DNA from: Vampirovibrionales bacterium
GTDB lineage: Bacteria; Cyanobacteriota; Vampirovibrionia; Vampirovibrionales; Vampirovibrionaceae
NCBI GenBank assembly: GCA_039794365.1
Contig: JBDIVN010000007.1
Coordinates: 44,389-108,388 of the forward strand
Length of the DNA: 64,000 nucleotides
Direction: 5' to 3'
In this document: piece after piece, positions 39,241 through 49,182 of the stretch
Layout: every line of letters starts with the position of its first letter
How positions within the stretch are numbered: position 1 is the stretch's first letter
The notes under the pieces: generated by a model
Told to the model about the DNA's origin: nothing
The model's input: the letters and a program-made list of their open reading frames with translations, nothing else
Database searches by the model: none
Program-made: the position numbers and the translations under genes

Positions 39241-40194
39241 TCAGCTTGTCAGCATTTTCTCGCCGTGTGCGCAACCGGTCAAGGCACCGAGTCGCGCCAG
39301 TTCCTCCGTCTGACAGTATTGCCGCAGGTCCTCGCGGATTTTCCGGAAAACCGCCGGGTCCCGAAAACAACTGGTTCCCACCTGAACCAGGGAAGCCCCG
39401 GCCATCAGGAACTCCAGGACATCGGCGGCATCTGCAATGCCGCCCACCCCGATAATGGGGGTGTCGGGAAAATGCCGGTGAATCTGCCAGATGGCATGGA
39501 TGGCGATGGGTTTGATGCCCGGCCCGCTGTAGCCGCCGGACACCCGGCGCAGGTGGGGCCTTTTCGCCCGGATATCAATGGCGCTGCCCAGTACCGTGTT
39601 GATGGCGGTCAGCGCATGCGCCCCGCCCTCGATGGCCGCCTCCGCTACAGGCAGAATGCTGGTGACGTTGGGGGTCAGCTTGGCAAAAACCGGACGGTCA
39701 AAGGTCTGCGCCACAATCCGGGTGCAGTCGCGCACGGTTTGCGGCGCGTTGCCGAAATCCACCCCGCCCTTGGCGATGTTGGGACAGGAAAGGTTGACCT
39801 CGATGGCCTTCACCCCGTCCCCATGGGGGTGTTCCATCACGAACCGGGCCATCTCGCCGAACTCATCAACGGAACGGGCGGAGATGCTGAGCACCACCGG
39901 CAGATGATACTGCGCCAGTTCCAGGATTTCCCGATCGAGAAAATCGTCAAGCCCCGGATTCTGCAGGCCGATGCTGTTAAGCATCCCGACACCCGGCAGC
40001 TCCACCGTGCGCTGCTGGGGGTTTCCCGGCGTGGGCTGGCGGGTCACCGTCTTGGTTACGATGCCGCCAAGACACGTCTCCAGCGGCGTCACCCGGTGAA
40101 ACAGGGACGGGTTGAAGCAGCCGGAGGCGTTGAGAATCAGGCTGGGGAAGCGCAGCCCCCCAATCTCCACACCGAGATCTACGTCGTCGCGCAT
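39241..40194 (-). CDS. pyrD: dihydroorotate dehydrogenase catalytic subunit (class 1B)
   Basis: TIM-barrel DHOD motifs (NASGCF, GGI), 317 aa. Located directly downstream of pyrK, which is the class 1B arrangement. Confidence 0.9.
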   Translation of the reverse strand: MRDDVDLGVEIGGLRFPSLILNASGCFNPSLFHRVTPLETCLGGIVTKTVTRQPTPGNPQQRTVELPGVGMLNSIGLQNPGLDDFLDREILELAQYHLPVVLSISARSVDEFGEMARFVMEHPHGDGVKAIEVNLSCPNIAKGGVDFGNAPQTVRDCTRIVAQTFDRPVFAKLTPNVTSILPVAEAAIEGGAHALTAINTVLGSAIDIRAKRPHLRRVSGGYSGPGIKPIAIHAIWQIHRHFPDTPIIGVGGIADAADVLEFLMAGASLVQVGTSCFRDPAVFRKIREDLRQYCQTEELARLGALTGCAHGEKMLTS

Positions 40195-41054
40195 GCGGCT
40201 GCCTCCGCGTTGCCGCCCCTGGGAAAGGGGTCATCGGTGGGCCAAACGATACTCTCTACCGGAAACACCGGTCCCTCCACACACGTCTTGGAGGGCAGCA
40301 GACGGTCCGTGCGAAACACCACGCAGCCGGTGCAGGCGCCTGTGCCACAGGGCATATGCTCCTCCAGGGAAACCTCCGTTCGGATGGCCGGATTCAGGGT
40401 TTTCAGCAGGGTGGACGCCGCTTTCATCATTACCGTCGGCCCGCAGATGTAAGCCTCCTTTGCCTGCCGGATGGCCGACTCATGCAGGTTCAGCAGGTGG
40501 CAGACATTGCCCGGCGTTCCGCAGGAGCCGTCATCGGTGGCGATATGCAGGCAGTCGCCGAAAACTTGTGTCAGGGGTTCGAGGAGGCCAATTTCGCGCT
40601 GGGAGCGCACACCGTAATAGCACGAGGGAACCGGCTGGCCCGACTCCTTCAGGGCTTTTCCCAGAAAGTACAAGGGGGCAATGCCGATGCCGCCCCCGAC
40701 GAGCAGAGCCGAGTCCGGGTCTGCGGGCAGGGAAAAGGTATTGCCCAACGGCCCCAGGACATTCAGCTCGTCCCCCGGCTGTAGTTCCGCCATCATGGCG
40801 GTGCCCCTGCCGTGGATCTTGTAGAAAATCTCGAACACCCCGCTCTCGTAGGTGGTCAGCACGCTCATGGGACGACGGAAGTGGAATACCGGCGTTGGCA
40901 GATCAATCATGACGAACTGGCCCGCCTCGCAATGAAACTCCGGATCACCTGGGGCATAAACCGGGCGCAGTGTCAGGAGCTTCAACCGGTTGCCTACCGT
41001 GCGGTGATCCAGCACGTGGCAGTGATAGTCCAGAAGCGGGGTGTCACAGGGCAT
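40179..41054 (-). CDS. pyrK: dihydroorotate dehydrogenase electron-transfer subunit
   Basis: FAD/NAD-binding FNR-like fold and C-terminal 2Fe-2S Cys cluster (CGTGACTGC). Overlaps pyrD start by 16 nt. Confidence 0.85.
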   Translation of the reverse strand: MPCDTPLLDYHCHVLDHRTVGNRLKLLTLRPVYAPGDPEFHCEAGQFVMIDLPTPVFHFRRPMSVLTTYESGVFEIFYKIHGRGTAMMAELQPGDELNVLGPLGNTFSLPADPDSALLVGGGIGIAPLYFLGKALKESGQPVPSCYYGVRSQREIGLLEPLTQVFGDCLHIATDDGSCGTPGNVCHLLNLHESAIRQAKEAYICGPTVMMKAASTLLKTLNPAIRTEVSLEEHMPCGTGACTGCVVFRTDRLLPSKTCVEGPVFPVESIVWPTDDPFPRGGNAEAAACATT

Positions 41055-42019
41055 CAGCGGGGAACCGGGATCTTGTTCAGGGTCTGCTTGACGATATCAT
41101 CAGGGGTCAGTCCGTCCAACTCGGCTTCGGCAGTCAGGATCAGGCGATGCCGGATGATGGCCGGCGCCACCGCCTTCACGTTGTCCGGGGTCACGAAGTC
41201 GGAGCCATAGATGGCCGCATGGGTCCGGCTCGCCGACATCAGCGCCAGAGCCGCCCGCGGACTGCACCCCAGCTCCAGGTTGGGGTTGTCGCGGGTATCA
41301 TGGACCACCTGGAGAATATAGTCCAGAATGCTCTCGTCAATCCGAATGGTGTTGAGCTGCTGGCGGCAGGTCAGGATTTCGTCCCGGCTGGTAATCGGTT
41401 CCAGCGTCTGCTGGTGCATAAAGCGGGTACTGGAGTGTCCGGAAAAGGCGTCCAGCATCTGCCGCTCCGCCTGCCTCTCCGGGTAGGAGACGAGGATTTT
41501 CATCATGAAGCGGTCCAACTGGGCTTCAGGCAAGGGATAGGTCCCCTCGAACTCAATGGGGTTCAGGGTGGCCACCACCGTAAAGAGGGGCGACAATTCG
41601 TAACGGGTGCCGTCCGCCGTCACCTGGTGCTCTTCCATGGCCTCCAGCAGGGCCGCCTGGGTTTTGGGCGGGGTCCGGTTGATTTCATCCGCCAGCAGCA
41701 GATCCGTAAACACCGGTCCCTTCCGGAAGGAAAAGCTCCGGGTGTTCAGGTCGTAGACGCTGGTGCCGATGATCTCGGCGGGCAGCATGTCCGGGGTCAG
41801 TTGGACACGGCGAAACTCCAGCCGGGTCAACTGGGCCAGGGTCTTGACAAGGGTCGTCTTGGCGGTGCCGGGAATGCCTTCGAGCAGGATATGCCCCTCG
41901 GACAACAGGCCCACCACCAGCATCTCGATCACGTCCTGCTGCCCGTATATCACATCGGTCAGCCGCCGGGTAAGGGCCTGGGCCACTGACTCAAGGGTTT
42001 TGCCGTTTGCGGAGGCCAT
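41054..42019 (-). CDS. MoxR-family AAA+ ATPase
   Basis: Walker A GIPGTAKT, Walker B DEINR, 321 aa. Typical MoxR. Its stop overlaps the pyrK start codon. Confidence 0.9.
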   Translation of the reverse strand: MASANGKTLESVAQALTRRLTDVIYGQQDVIEMLVVGLLSEGHILLEGIPGTAKTTLVKTLAQLTRLEFRRVQLTPDMLPAEIIGTSVYDLNTRSFSFRKGPVFTDLLLADEINRTPPKTQAALLEAMEEHQVTADGTRYELSPLFTVVATLNPIEFEGTYPLPEAQLDRFMMKILVSYPERQAERQMLDAFSGHSSTRFMHQQTLEPITSRDEILTCRQQLNTIRIDESILDYILQVVHDTRDNPNLELGCSPRAALALMSASRTHAAIYGSDFVTPDNVKAVAPAIIRHRLILTAEAELDGLTPDDIVKQTLNKIPVPR

Positions 42020-43337
42020 AGTCCAGCCTTTCCTGTATTAACGAGAGTTGCCGGGAAAGTTTCACCAGATCGTCCTGCGGAATCCGCAGACGCCGGTTTA
42101 CCACCTGCCGCCCTTTCCGAATGGCATCGAGCGCCACCTGGCCGTGTTGACTATCATAATCGGCAAAGAGGTTCTCTAGCAAGTAGGCGAGCTTTTGATG
42201 ATCTTCGGGCGCATCCGGCTCGATCCGGTAGCGCCGCCGCAGGGTCTGCTCAATGGCGCCCATCTGTGGACCGACGGCCAGCGACGCCGCGTTGGCTCGA
42301 AGGTAGATTCCCGCCATTGACTGGACGAATTCGCGCATGGTCACGCCGTCAAGCTCCTCGGATTCCCGCCGGATCGGTCTCCAGGGCAGGAAGCTGAACC
42401 ACAGCAGCACGAAAAACAGGAAAACCAGCTGGAACAGCACGTGGCTCAGGGGAGTTTTCATGTAGTAGGAGAAGAGATCCGGGTCCTGCAGGTAGCCGTG
42501 GACAAACTCGTTGACCAGAATGGCCTTGCGCTCGGCGGTGACCAGATTGGTGAAAAACTGAAAGTTGTCGTTGTCCTCGCCGAAGAGATAATGGTTGCTG
42601 GCCAAATCAGGCACCGTTCCCAGGATCAGCCTGCCGTTACCCAGCTGGCGCCGCTCGATCAGGGGGCGCCCCTGCATGTCCCGCAGGAGCACCTCCGTGG
42701 AGACCGGCTTGAGCCGCAAATCACTGCGGGAACGAATGGCTTCGCGGATATGGCGATGCAGGTAGTCCTCCGCCTCCTCCGGCACTTTCAGCCGGTAAAC
42801 CGGCCCGTCCGACACCAGAAACTGCTCCTCGTCCTTGTCGAGGTCCACCAGTTCCGCCTGCAACAGCAGCCGTTTCCCCGTCTTGTCGTTGAAGTCGTCG
42901 AAAAAGACCAGGGTGTTGCCCTCTTCCACCCATTCGATGAGCTGCTCGACGCTCTTTTCGGTCATGGGACGGCGGATGCCGCCGAAACCCGAATCCCGCA
43001 TGGTTTCCCTGGGGGCGATAATAATCATCGTGGCCCGCACGGGAATCTCCCCCAGCCGGTCAAAGTCCGACCGCCAGATGCTGACCTTCAGGCCGGCCTT
43101 CTCCATGGTCTTCATCCACCCCTTGTATCCGGAGGGACGGGCATTGTAGACGGACGGATCGGGACGCTCCTCCTTCACCGCCTGGCGCCGCTCGAAGAGC
43201 AGGGTGACGGAGGACAGGACGGCAAGCACCACCAGCACCCCCACCATCATCCACATGAAGCGGCGGTTGGACATCAGGCGACCTGACCTTCCTTCACCTG
43301 GAGCCGTTCCGACAGCCGGTCGAAGCGATCCTCGCAA
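41991..43337 (-). CDS. DUF4350-like membrane protein (MoxR-associated)
   Basis: N-terminal TM, large extracytoplasmic domain, second TM (FLFFVLLWFSFLPW) and a C-terminal cytoplasmic region. Its position upstream of MoxR matches the DUF4129-DUF4350-MoxR cluster. Assignment is by architecture and context, not a verified search. Confidence 0.45.
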   Translation of the reverse strand: MRGSLRPAVGTAPGEGRSGRLMSNRRFMWMMVGVLVVLAVLSSVTLLFERRQAVKEERPDPSVYNARPSGYKGWMKTMEKAGLKVSIWRSDFDRLGEIPVRATMIIIAPRETMRDSGFGGIRRPMTEKSVEQLIEWVEEGNTLVFFDDFNDKTGKRLLLQAELVDLDKDEEQFLVSDGPVYRLKVPEEAEDYLHRHIREAIRSRSDLRLKPVSTEVLLRDMQGRPLIERRQLGNGRLILGTVPDLASNHYLFGEDNDNFQFFTNLVTAERKAILVNEFVHGYLQDPDLFSYYMKTPLSHVLFQLVFLFFVLLWFSFLPWRPIRRESEELDGVTMREFVQSMAGIYLRANAASLAVGPQMGAIEQTLRRRYRIEPDAPEDHQKLAYLLENLFADYDSQHGQVALDAIRKGRQVVNRRLRIPQDDLVKLSRQLSLIQERLDYGLRKRQNP

Positions 43338-44035
43338 TGGCGGTATCCGCTGACATCAGCGCTTCGCCCGCCGTAACGAACCGCCTCGAAGGTCCGGGCC
43401 AGTTCGCCGAAGCCGGATTGCAGCAGGTCCCGCACTTCTCCCGTCATCTCCAGGGACCGGATGCGCCGCAGGTACTCCAGGTTGGTGCGGTTAGTCTCGA
43501 AGGGAACCACGTCCGTTTCATCCAGCAGGCAGAGCAGGGCCATGTAGAGTTCGCGGACCGCCGCCTCGTACTGGCCCGCCTGAGCCAGGCGGCGAGCTTC
43601 ATCGCGGTGCCGGCGGGCGCTTTTTAGCGGCGTGCCGTCCAGCGTTCTCAGGGTTTCTCCGGCGGGACGTCCCGCCCGGGCCTTCCACCAACGCCGGACA
43701 AGGATCAGCCCCATGTAAATGGCCACGAGGGTCAGGACAACCGTGGCTCCCATCAGCGCGTACTTGATCAAAAGGGCCCACGGACCAGCAAAGTCAATCC
43801 CCGACAGGCCGGAATCCTGTGGCAGAATACCCTTAAGGAACTCATAGAACTGGTCCATCGCCTTGTCCAGCTTCTCTTTCTGTTCCTCCAGCCACCGGGC
43901 GAGTTCGGGGGGAAGTTTATCCAGCCAGTCGTCCGGGCGTTGACGCTGAAATTCGTCCATCTGACGAACCTCTGACAGGGCGTCATGGATATCAACAGGC
44001 TGCTTTGACGGGTTTAAAGGCCGGTTTATGGACAT
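43274..44035 (-). CDS. DUF4129-like membrane protein (MoxR-associated)
   Basis: One TM helix (LLIKYALMGATVVLTLVAIYMGLILV) followed by a helical C-terminal domain. First gene of the MoxR cluster. Confidence 0.45.
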   Translation of the reverse strand: MSINRPLNPSKQPVDIHDALSEVRQMDEFQRQRPDDWLDKLPPELARWLEEQKEKLDKAMDQFYEFLKGILPQDSGLSGIDFAGPWALLIKYALMGATVVLTLVAIYMGLILVRRWWKARAGRPAGETLRTLDGTPLKSARRHRDEARRLAQAGQYEAAVRELYMALLCLLDETDVVPFETNRTNLEYLRRIRSLEMTGEVRDLLQSGFGELARTFEAVRYGGRSADVSGYRHCEDRFDRLSERLQVKEGQVA

Positions 44036-44137
44036 AGGGGTAAAAAATCCTGAAGGATTAGGCTATAATCAAGTATAGACCAATCTGACCCAGCAACAAG
44101 CAAGGAACAGTGGAAGCAAGAGAAAGGCCCCTTTCCC

Positions 44138-44701
44138 GTGGCAATTCTGAAAGTTGTCGAATACGGCGATCCCGTCCTTCGCCAGCCAACAGAGAAAGTG
44201 CATAAGGTATCGGCCAAGATCAAGAAGATCGTGGGCGATATGTTCGATACGATGTACGCCTACAACGGGGTTGGCCTGGCCGCGCCGCAGGTGGGCATCC
44301 TCAAGCGGATTTTCATCCTGGACTGCACCACGGACGAAGGCCCCATGCCTCAGATGGTCTTTATCAACCCGGTCATCGTGCAGAAGTCCGGTGCCATTTA
44401 CAGCAAGGAAGGCTGCCTGAGCTTTCCGGGCGTCTTTACGGAGGTCAAGCGCTACGAGAGCGTAACCGTGCGCTACATGGACCTGGACGGCAAACGCCGC
44501 GAAATGACCGTGGAAGGGGGCGGCCTGCTGTCACGGGCCATCCAGCACGAGTATGACCACCTCGAAGGCATCCTCTTCGTCGATCACGTCATCGACCGCT
44601 TCGGTACCGACGAACAGCTCAGGGAGCATCACCTGCCCCCCATCAATCCGGATTTCATCCTCGAAGAGCCGGATCTCGACAAGATCCTCGTCGGCTTCTA
44701 G
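44138..44701 (+). CDS. def: peptide deformylase
   Basis: Motifs GVGLAAPQVG, EGCLSFPG, HEYDHLEG. Confidence 0.95.
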   Translation: MAILKVVEYGDPVLRQPTEKVHKVSAKIKKIVGDMFDTMYAYNGVGLAAPQVGILKRIFILDCTTDEGPMPQMVFINPVIVQKSGAIYSKEGCLSFPGVFTEVKRYESVTVRYMDLDGKRREMTVEGGGLLSRAIQHEYDHLEGILFVDHVIDRFGTDEQLREHHLPPINPDFILEEPDLDKILVGF

Positions 44702-44734
44702 CGTTTTATAGCGTCTGTTCGGACTGAGCGCCGC

Positions 44735-45706
44735 GTGTCCATCTCCATCGTCTTTCTAGGAACCCCGGTTTTTTCCGTGCCTTGTCTCAAGGCGCTGCTT
44801 TCAGCCGGGGATATCCAGGTACTTGGCGTTATCACCCAGCCGGATCGCCCGGCGGGACGGGGCCAGCGGCTGACACCGCCCCCGGTCAAAATTCTGGCCG
44901 AGAGCGCCCATCTGCCCGTCTTTCAGCCCAAATCCCTGCGCAGGGACAACGACCTGCTGAACTGGCTGCGGCAGCAGCAGCCGGATTTTCTCGTCACCAT
45001 CGCCTTCGGCCAGATTCTATCCCAGGAGGTGCTGGATATTCCGAAAAAGGGGACGGTGAACGTTCATGCGTCCCTGCTGCCCGAATACCGAGGCCCCAAC
45101 CCCATCCAGAAGGCTATCGTCGACGGAAAGACGGAGACCGGGCTGACCACCATGCTCACCGACATCGGCGTGGACACGGGGGATATGCTCTTGAAGACCG
45201 TCGTGCCCATCACGCCGGATCTCAACGCCCAGGAGCTTCACGATATGCTCTCCGAAGCCGCAGGCCCCTTGCTGCTTGACACCCTGCGCGGCCTGGCGGA
45301 CGGCAGCATACGCCCCGAACCGCAGGACCCCGCCCAGGCCACCCATGCCCCCAAGGCCCAGAAGGAGGACGCGCTCATCGACTGGTCCCAACCGGCCCAA
45401 CGGCTCCACGACCGGATTCGCGGCCAGCAACCCTGGCCCGGCGCCGTCACCTGGCTCGACGGCCAGCCGGTCAAGATTCTGCGTAGCCGGGTGGCCGAGG
45501 CCCTGTCGTCCCAGGACGAACCGGGCCGGGTCCTGGAAACCACCGCCGACGGGCTTATGGTACAGACCGGCCAGGGGGCGCTGCTGCTGCTCGACGTCCA
45601 GCCCGCCGGCAAAAGAGTCATGAACGCCCGCGACTGGGCCAACGGCGCCCTGCGGGATCGTACGGACATCCGTTTTGAAATGCCGGGCCGAACCCTCAAT
45701 GTCTGA
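44735..45706 (+). CDS. fmt: methionyl-tRNA formyltransferase
   Basis: N-terminal formyltransferase domain (HASLLPEYRGPNPIQ) plus a C-terminal domain. Follows def. Confidence 0.95.
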   Translation: MSISIVFLGTPVFSVPCLKALLSAGDIQVLGVITQPDRPAGRGQRLTPPPVKILAESAHLPVFQPKSLRRDNDLLNWLRQQQPDFLVTIAFGQILSQEVLDIPKKGTVNVHASLLPEYRGPNPIQKAIVDGKTETGLTTMLTDIGVDTGDMLLKTVVPITPDLNAQELHDMLSEAAGPLLLDTLRGLADGSIRPEPQDPAQATHAPKAQKEDALIDWSQPAQRLHDRIRGQQPWPGAVTWLDGQPVKILRSRVAEALSSQDEPGRVLETTADGLMVQTGQGALLLLDVQPAGKRVMNARDWANGALRDRTDIRFEMPGRTLNV

Positions 45707-47045
45707 GAAGACGGAGACCCGCTCCGCCCGCCATGCCGCCCTGCTGGTTCTGGAGCGTTTCGAAAAAAAACGGCCTCCCGGCCACCTGAAGGCGGACCGG
45801 CTGATCCACGAGGCGCTGGAGAAACCGGCGGCGCAGGCTTGGCCGGAAGCGGATCGCCGCCTGCTGACCACCCTGGTTTACGGTGTTCTGCGCCGGTGGT
45901 TTCTGCTGGAGGCCCTGCTGGAAACCCTGAGCCGTTTTCCCGTCGGCAAGATCCAACCGCGGGTCCGCACCCTGTTGCGCCTGGGCCTGTTCCAGATGCG
46001 TTTTCTCGATGACGTACCCGACTACGCCGCCATCGACACCACTGTGTCGATGGCCCGCCAGCTCAAGGTTTCCGCGAAGACCACCGGATTCATCAACGGC
46101 CTGCTGAGGGAGTATCAGCGCCGGGGCAAGGCCATTCCCTTTCCCGATCCGGTGGACGATCCCGAAGGCTATCTGTCCAGCGAGGGGTCGCTGCCCCGGT
46201 GGTTCGCCCGGCGCCTTCTGGTCCAGTATCCCACGGAAGACGTGTTGGCGATGGCCGCCATGATCAATATCCCACCCCCACTGACGCTGCGGGCAAACAC
46301 CCTGAAGACCTCTCCGGAGGACTATGCCCGGCGCCTCACCGAGGCCGGAATCCTCTTCCACACCTCGGAAGAGGCACCGGAAGCGCTGGTACTCGAAGGT
46401 TTCTACGGCTCCCCGGCCAGGCTGCCCGGTTTCGGGGAGGGCCTTTTTTACGTCCAGGACATCAGCTCCATGCGGGTCGCCCATTGGCTGGAGGCCCGCC
46501 CCCATGAAACCGTTATCGATCTCTGCGCTGCCCCCGGCTCCAAGACGACCCATATCGCGGCCCTGATGGGCAACACAGGCAGGGTCATCGCCATCGACCC
46601 CTCCCCCCAGCGCCTGGAGATGCTTCATCAGAATCTGGAGCGCCTAGGCATCAGCACCGTAACAGTCAGCGACCGGAAGGCCGAAAATTTTTTCCTGCCC
46701 GACGGGGAACTGGCGGACCGGGTCCTGGTGGACGCCCCCTGCTCCGGTTTGGGCACGGTGCGCAGGCACCCGGAAATCCTGCGGCAAGTGCAGGAAACCG
46801 ATTTAAAGACCTACCCGCCCCTTCAGAAAAAACTCCTGAAAAAGGCCCTGACCCTGCTCAAGCCGGGAGGAATCCTGGTGTACAGCACCTGCAGCCTGGA
46901 GGAAAGCGAAAACGCCGCCGTGGTGCAGGCGCTGGTGCAGGAACACCCGGATCTCTCCCTGGAAAGGGAAACCCGCCGACTGATCACCTTTGACAGCGAC
47001 GGTTTCTATATTGCCCGGCTTAGAAAAGCCCGAAAAGAAACCTAG
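45696..47045 (+). CDS. rsmB: 16S rRNA (cytosine967-C5)-methyltransferase RsmB
   Basis: NusB-like N-terminal domain, SAM motif DLCAAPGSKT and the catalytic PCSGLG / TCS cysteines. Follows fmt. Confidence 0.9.
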   Translation, partial: SMSEKTETRSARHAALLVLERFEKKRPPGHLKADRLIHEALEKPAAQAWPEADRRLLTTLVYGVLRRWFLLEALLETLSRFPVGKIQPRVRTLLRLGLFQMRFLDDVPDYAAIDTTVSMARQLKVSAKTTGFINGLLREYQRRGKAIPFPDPVDDPEGYLSSEGSLPRWFARRLLVQYPTEDVLAMAAMINIPPPLTLRANTLKTSPEDYARRLTEAGILFHTSEEAPEALVLEGFYGSPARLPGFGEGLFYVQDISSMRVAHWLEARPHETVIDLCAAPGSKTTHIAALMGNTGRVIAIDPSPQRLEMLHQNLERLGISTVTVSDRKAENFFLPDGELADRVLVDAPCSGLGTVRRHPEILRQVQETDLKTYPPLQKKLLKKALTLLKPGGILVYSTCSLEESENAAVVQALVQEHPDLSLERETRRLITFDSDGFYIARLRKARKET

Positions 47046-47307
47046 GTTGAATCGACATTGAAACCTGAAACATTTGCCGTCATCCCCGTCCCTGCCTTCG
47101 CAGGGATAAATTCCAATGGGAATCCATTCCGATTCTTCCGGTCAATGAATTCCGGCTCACCCCCATCCCTTGTTCAAGGATCCTCATCGCTAACGCTCGT
47201 TCCTCGCGAAGCGCTGAAGACCGTACAGCTCGGCTTTGGCCTCGCTTACGGCTATCGGCGTCCGGAATGACAGGGCGCTTCTCACTAGGGTCAAATGCCG
47301 ATTCTAC

Positions 47308-48420
47308 CTAAGCCTCCGGCTTGACATCCACCACCTGGTTGGCGGGGGGTTTCTTGCCGGACTTGGCATTCTCCTCGCGCTCGTCTATCCAGCGGACCCA
47401 GGCGGTCTGCACGAACATCAGCAGCATGGTGACCACGAGATAGAGAATGACCCCGGCGGGGATGGGGAAGAAGATGAGAAAACCCACGAACATCAGGGGC
47501 ATCAGCTTCATCATCTGGGCCTGCGGCCCTTCCATCGGCGCGGCGCCTTTCTGCATCACCTTCTGGTAGAGAACCGTGACCAGGGCATAGATGAGAATCA
47601 GGTACAGAACGCCCCAGTGAATTCCCAACTCGCCCTTCTCGGTGGGAATCGTGCTGGAGAGCATCCAGGAAGGCGCATTGGGACTCTCCGCCGTAGCCCC
47701 CGACGCCTGTGCCGGAGCAAAGGTCATCCGCTCCAGCTCCTTGGTGGACTCGTTCACCACCACCATGCTGGCCTCCGCAATGTCCTGCACGAAGGATTCG
47801 GAGAACCCCTCACTTCCCAGGTACTGGGGATTCAGACTGATGGTCATCGGTTCACCGGGAACCAGCGGCTGGGGTTCGATTTGCAGCACTTTTTTCACGT
47901 CACGCACGGGATAGTCCACCACGGTGCCGCTCTTGCGCACCACCGTCACGTGCTTGGCGGTGACGAACTGGTCCTTGGACTCGATGCTGAAACGCTGGTC
48001 CATCGGCTCCCCCGCATGGCTGTACAGGGTGTGGGAGAGGTTGTCGATGAAGAAGAACCGCTCGGTGCCCGCGGCGGCCAGGAAGTCCGGGCTGACCAGC
48101 ATCCCGTAGAGGCCGATGAAGATGGGCAGTTGGACGAGCATGGGCAGGCAGCCCGCCAGCGGGTTGAACTTGTTCTCGCTGTAGAACTTCATCAGCTGTT
48201 CCTGCATCTTCTGGGGATCGCCCTTGTAACGGTCCTGAAGGGCTTTGATCTTGGGCTGCAGCTCCTGCATCTTTTTCATGGAACGGGTCTGGGCCGTGTT
48301 GAGGGGCCACAGGACTACCCGGATCAGGGCCGTCAGGGCAATAATCGCCAGGGCATAACCGCCCACCACCCCTTTGATGAGGTTCAGCAGGAAAAACATG
48401 AAGTTATAGATGATGTCCAC
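47308..48420 (-). CDS. yidC: membrane protein insertase YidC (atypical: no N-terminal P1 domain, ~150-aa internal insertion)
   Basis: Conserved YidC/Oxa1 core (LIRVVLWPLNTAQTRSMKKMQELQPKIKALQDRY...NPLAGCLPMLVQLPIFIGLY) lies at the very N-terminus. A ~150-aa hydrophilic insertion precedes the last three TM helices. Lys-rich C-tail. Confidence 0.88.
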   Translation of the reverse strand: MDIIYNFMFFLLNLIKGVVGGYALAIIALTALIRVVLWPLNTAQTRSMKKMQELQPKIKALQDRYKGDPQKMQEQLMKFYSENKFNPLAGCLPMLVQLPIFIGLYGMLVSPDFLAAAGTERFFFIDNLSHTLYSHAGEPMDQRFSIESKDQFVTAKHVTVVRKSGTVVDYPVRDVKKVLQIEPQPLVPGEPMTISLNPQYLGSEGFSESFVQDIAEASMVVVNESTKELERMTFAPAQASGATAESPNAPSWMLSSTIPTEKGELGIHWGVLYLILIYALVTVLYQKVMQKGAAPMEGPQAQMMKLMPLMFVGFLIFFPIPAGVILYLVVTMLLMFVQTAWVRWIDEREENAKSGKKPPANQVVDVKPEA

Positions 48421-48436
48421 GGGATGGGGAACTCCT

Positions 48437-48664
48437 TTAATGTTTCGCGGTGAGGGGAGGAACCGGGTCCAGGCCGCCGGAACTCAACGGGTGGCAGCGG
48501 CAAATCCGCCGGATGCCCAGCCAGACCCCCTTGCCGGTACCGTGGGTTTTCACGGCCTCCACCATATAGTTGGAGCAGCTCGGATAATACCGGCACACGC
48601 CGGGAAGAAACCAGGTGGTCTTCTGGTACAGCCTTATTAAACCAAGAACAAGGGCTTTCATCAT
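48437..48664 (-). CDS. yidD: membrane protein insertion efficiency factor YidD
   Basis: Motif [21 protein letters not shown] with conserved Cys residues. Lies between rnpA and yidC. Start set at MMKALV. Confidence 0.8.
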   Translation of the reverse strand: MMKALVLGLIRLYQKTTWFLPGVCRYYPSCSNYMVEAVKTHGTGKGVWLGIRRICRCHPLSSGGLDPVPPLTAKH

Positions 48665-49038
48665 GAGGTCTTTGCAATTCGTTGCCGGGGACGGAAACAA
48701 CCGGTGAGCCGGGTCTGCATATCCGGAAACGAGGCCTTCAGACATCCGGAACGGGCAATGATGACAACGGCCCGGTATTCGCGCAGGCGCTCAGGATAGC
48801 GGGGAATCAGAACAGTCCGGATGATTTCACGAATCCGGCGCTTGATCCGGTTGCGGCGGGTGGCCCGCTTGTCCACCTTCTTGCTGACAATCAGGCCGAA
48901 CCGGGGCAGCGCCCCATCCTGCAATGCATGCCGGGGCAGGCCGTAAACGACGAAACAGTCGTTATGGCAAATTCGCCGGCCATTCATGGCCTGCCTGAAC
49001 AACGCCGGAGACTTGAGACGGAAAGACTTCCTGAGCAC
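48661..49038 (-). CDS. rnpA: ribonuclease P protein component
   Basis: Basic 125-aa protein with the RNR motif region ([19 protein letters not shown]). Sits immediately downstream of rpmH. Confidence 0.85.
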   Translation of the reverse strand: MLRKSFRLKSPALFRQAMNGRRICHNDCFVVYGLPRHALQDGALPRFGLIVSKKVDKRATRRNRIKRRIREIIRTVLIPRYPERLREYRAVVIIARSGCLKASFPDMQTRLTGCFRPRQRIAKTS

Positions 49039-49047
49039 GAGGCAAGG

Positions 49048-49182
49048 TCAGATTGCGATCCGGTGCCGTCCCTTGGCCCGGCGGCGGCTGAGAGTGCGCC
49101 GCCCGCCAACGGTCTGCATCCGGGTCCGGAAACCGCTGACACGTCTTCTTTTGCGTTGGGTACCTTCTAATGTCCGTTTCAT
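49048..49182 (-). CDS. rpmH: 50S ribosomal protein L34
   Basis: Hand-translated 44-aa ORF absent from the ORF track: [44 protein letters not shown], the L34 signature. Confidence 0.9.
   Translation of the reverse strand: MKRTLEGTQRKRRRVSGFRTRMQTVGGRRTLSRRRAKGRHRIAI

Noticed and set aside
47046-47307. Possible tRNA/ncRNA in the rsmB-yidC convergent spacer
   Set aside because: Contains short palindromes (ccctgccttcgcaggg, ggaatccattcc) consistent with bidirectional terminators. No tRNA cloverleaf features recognisable by eye.
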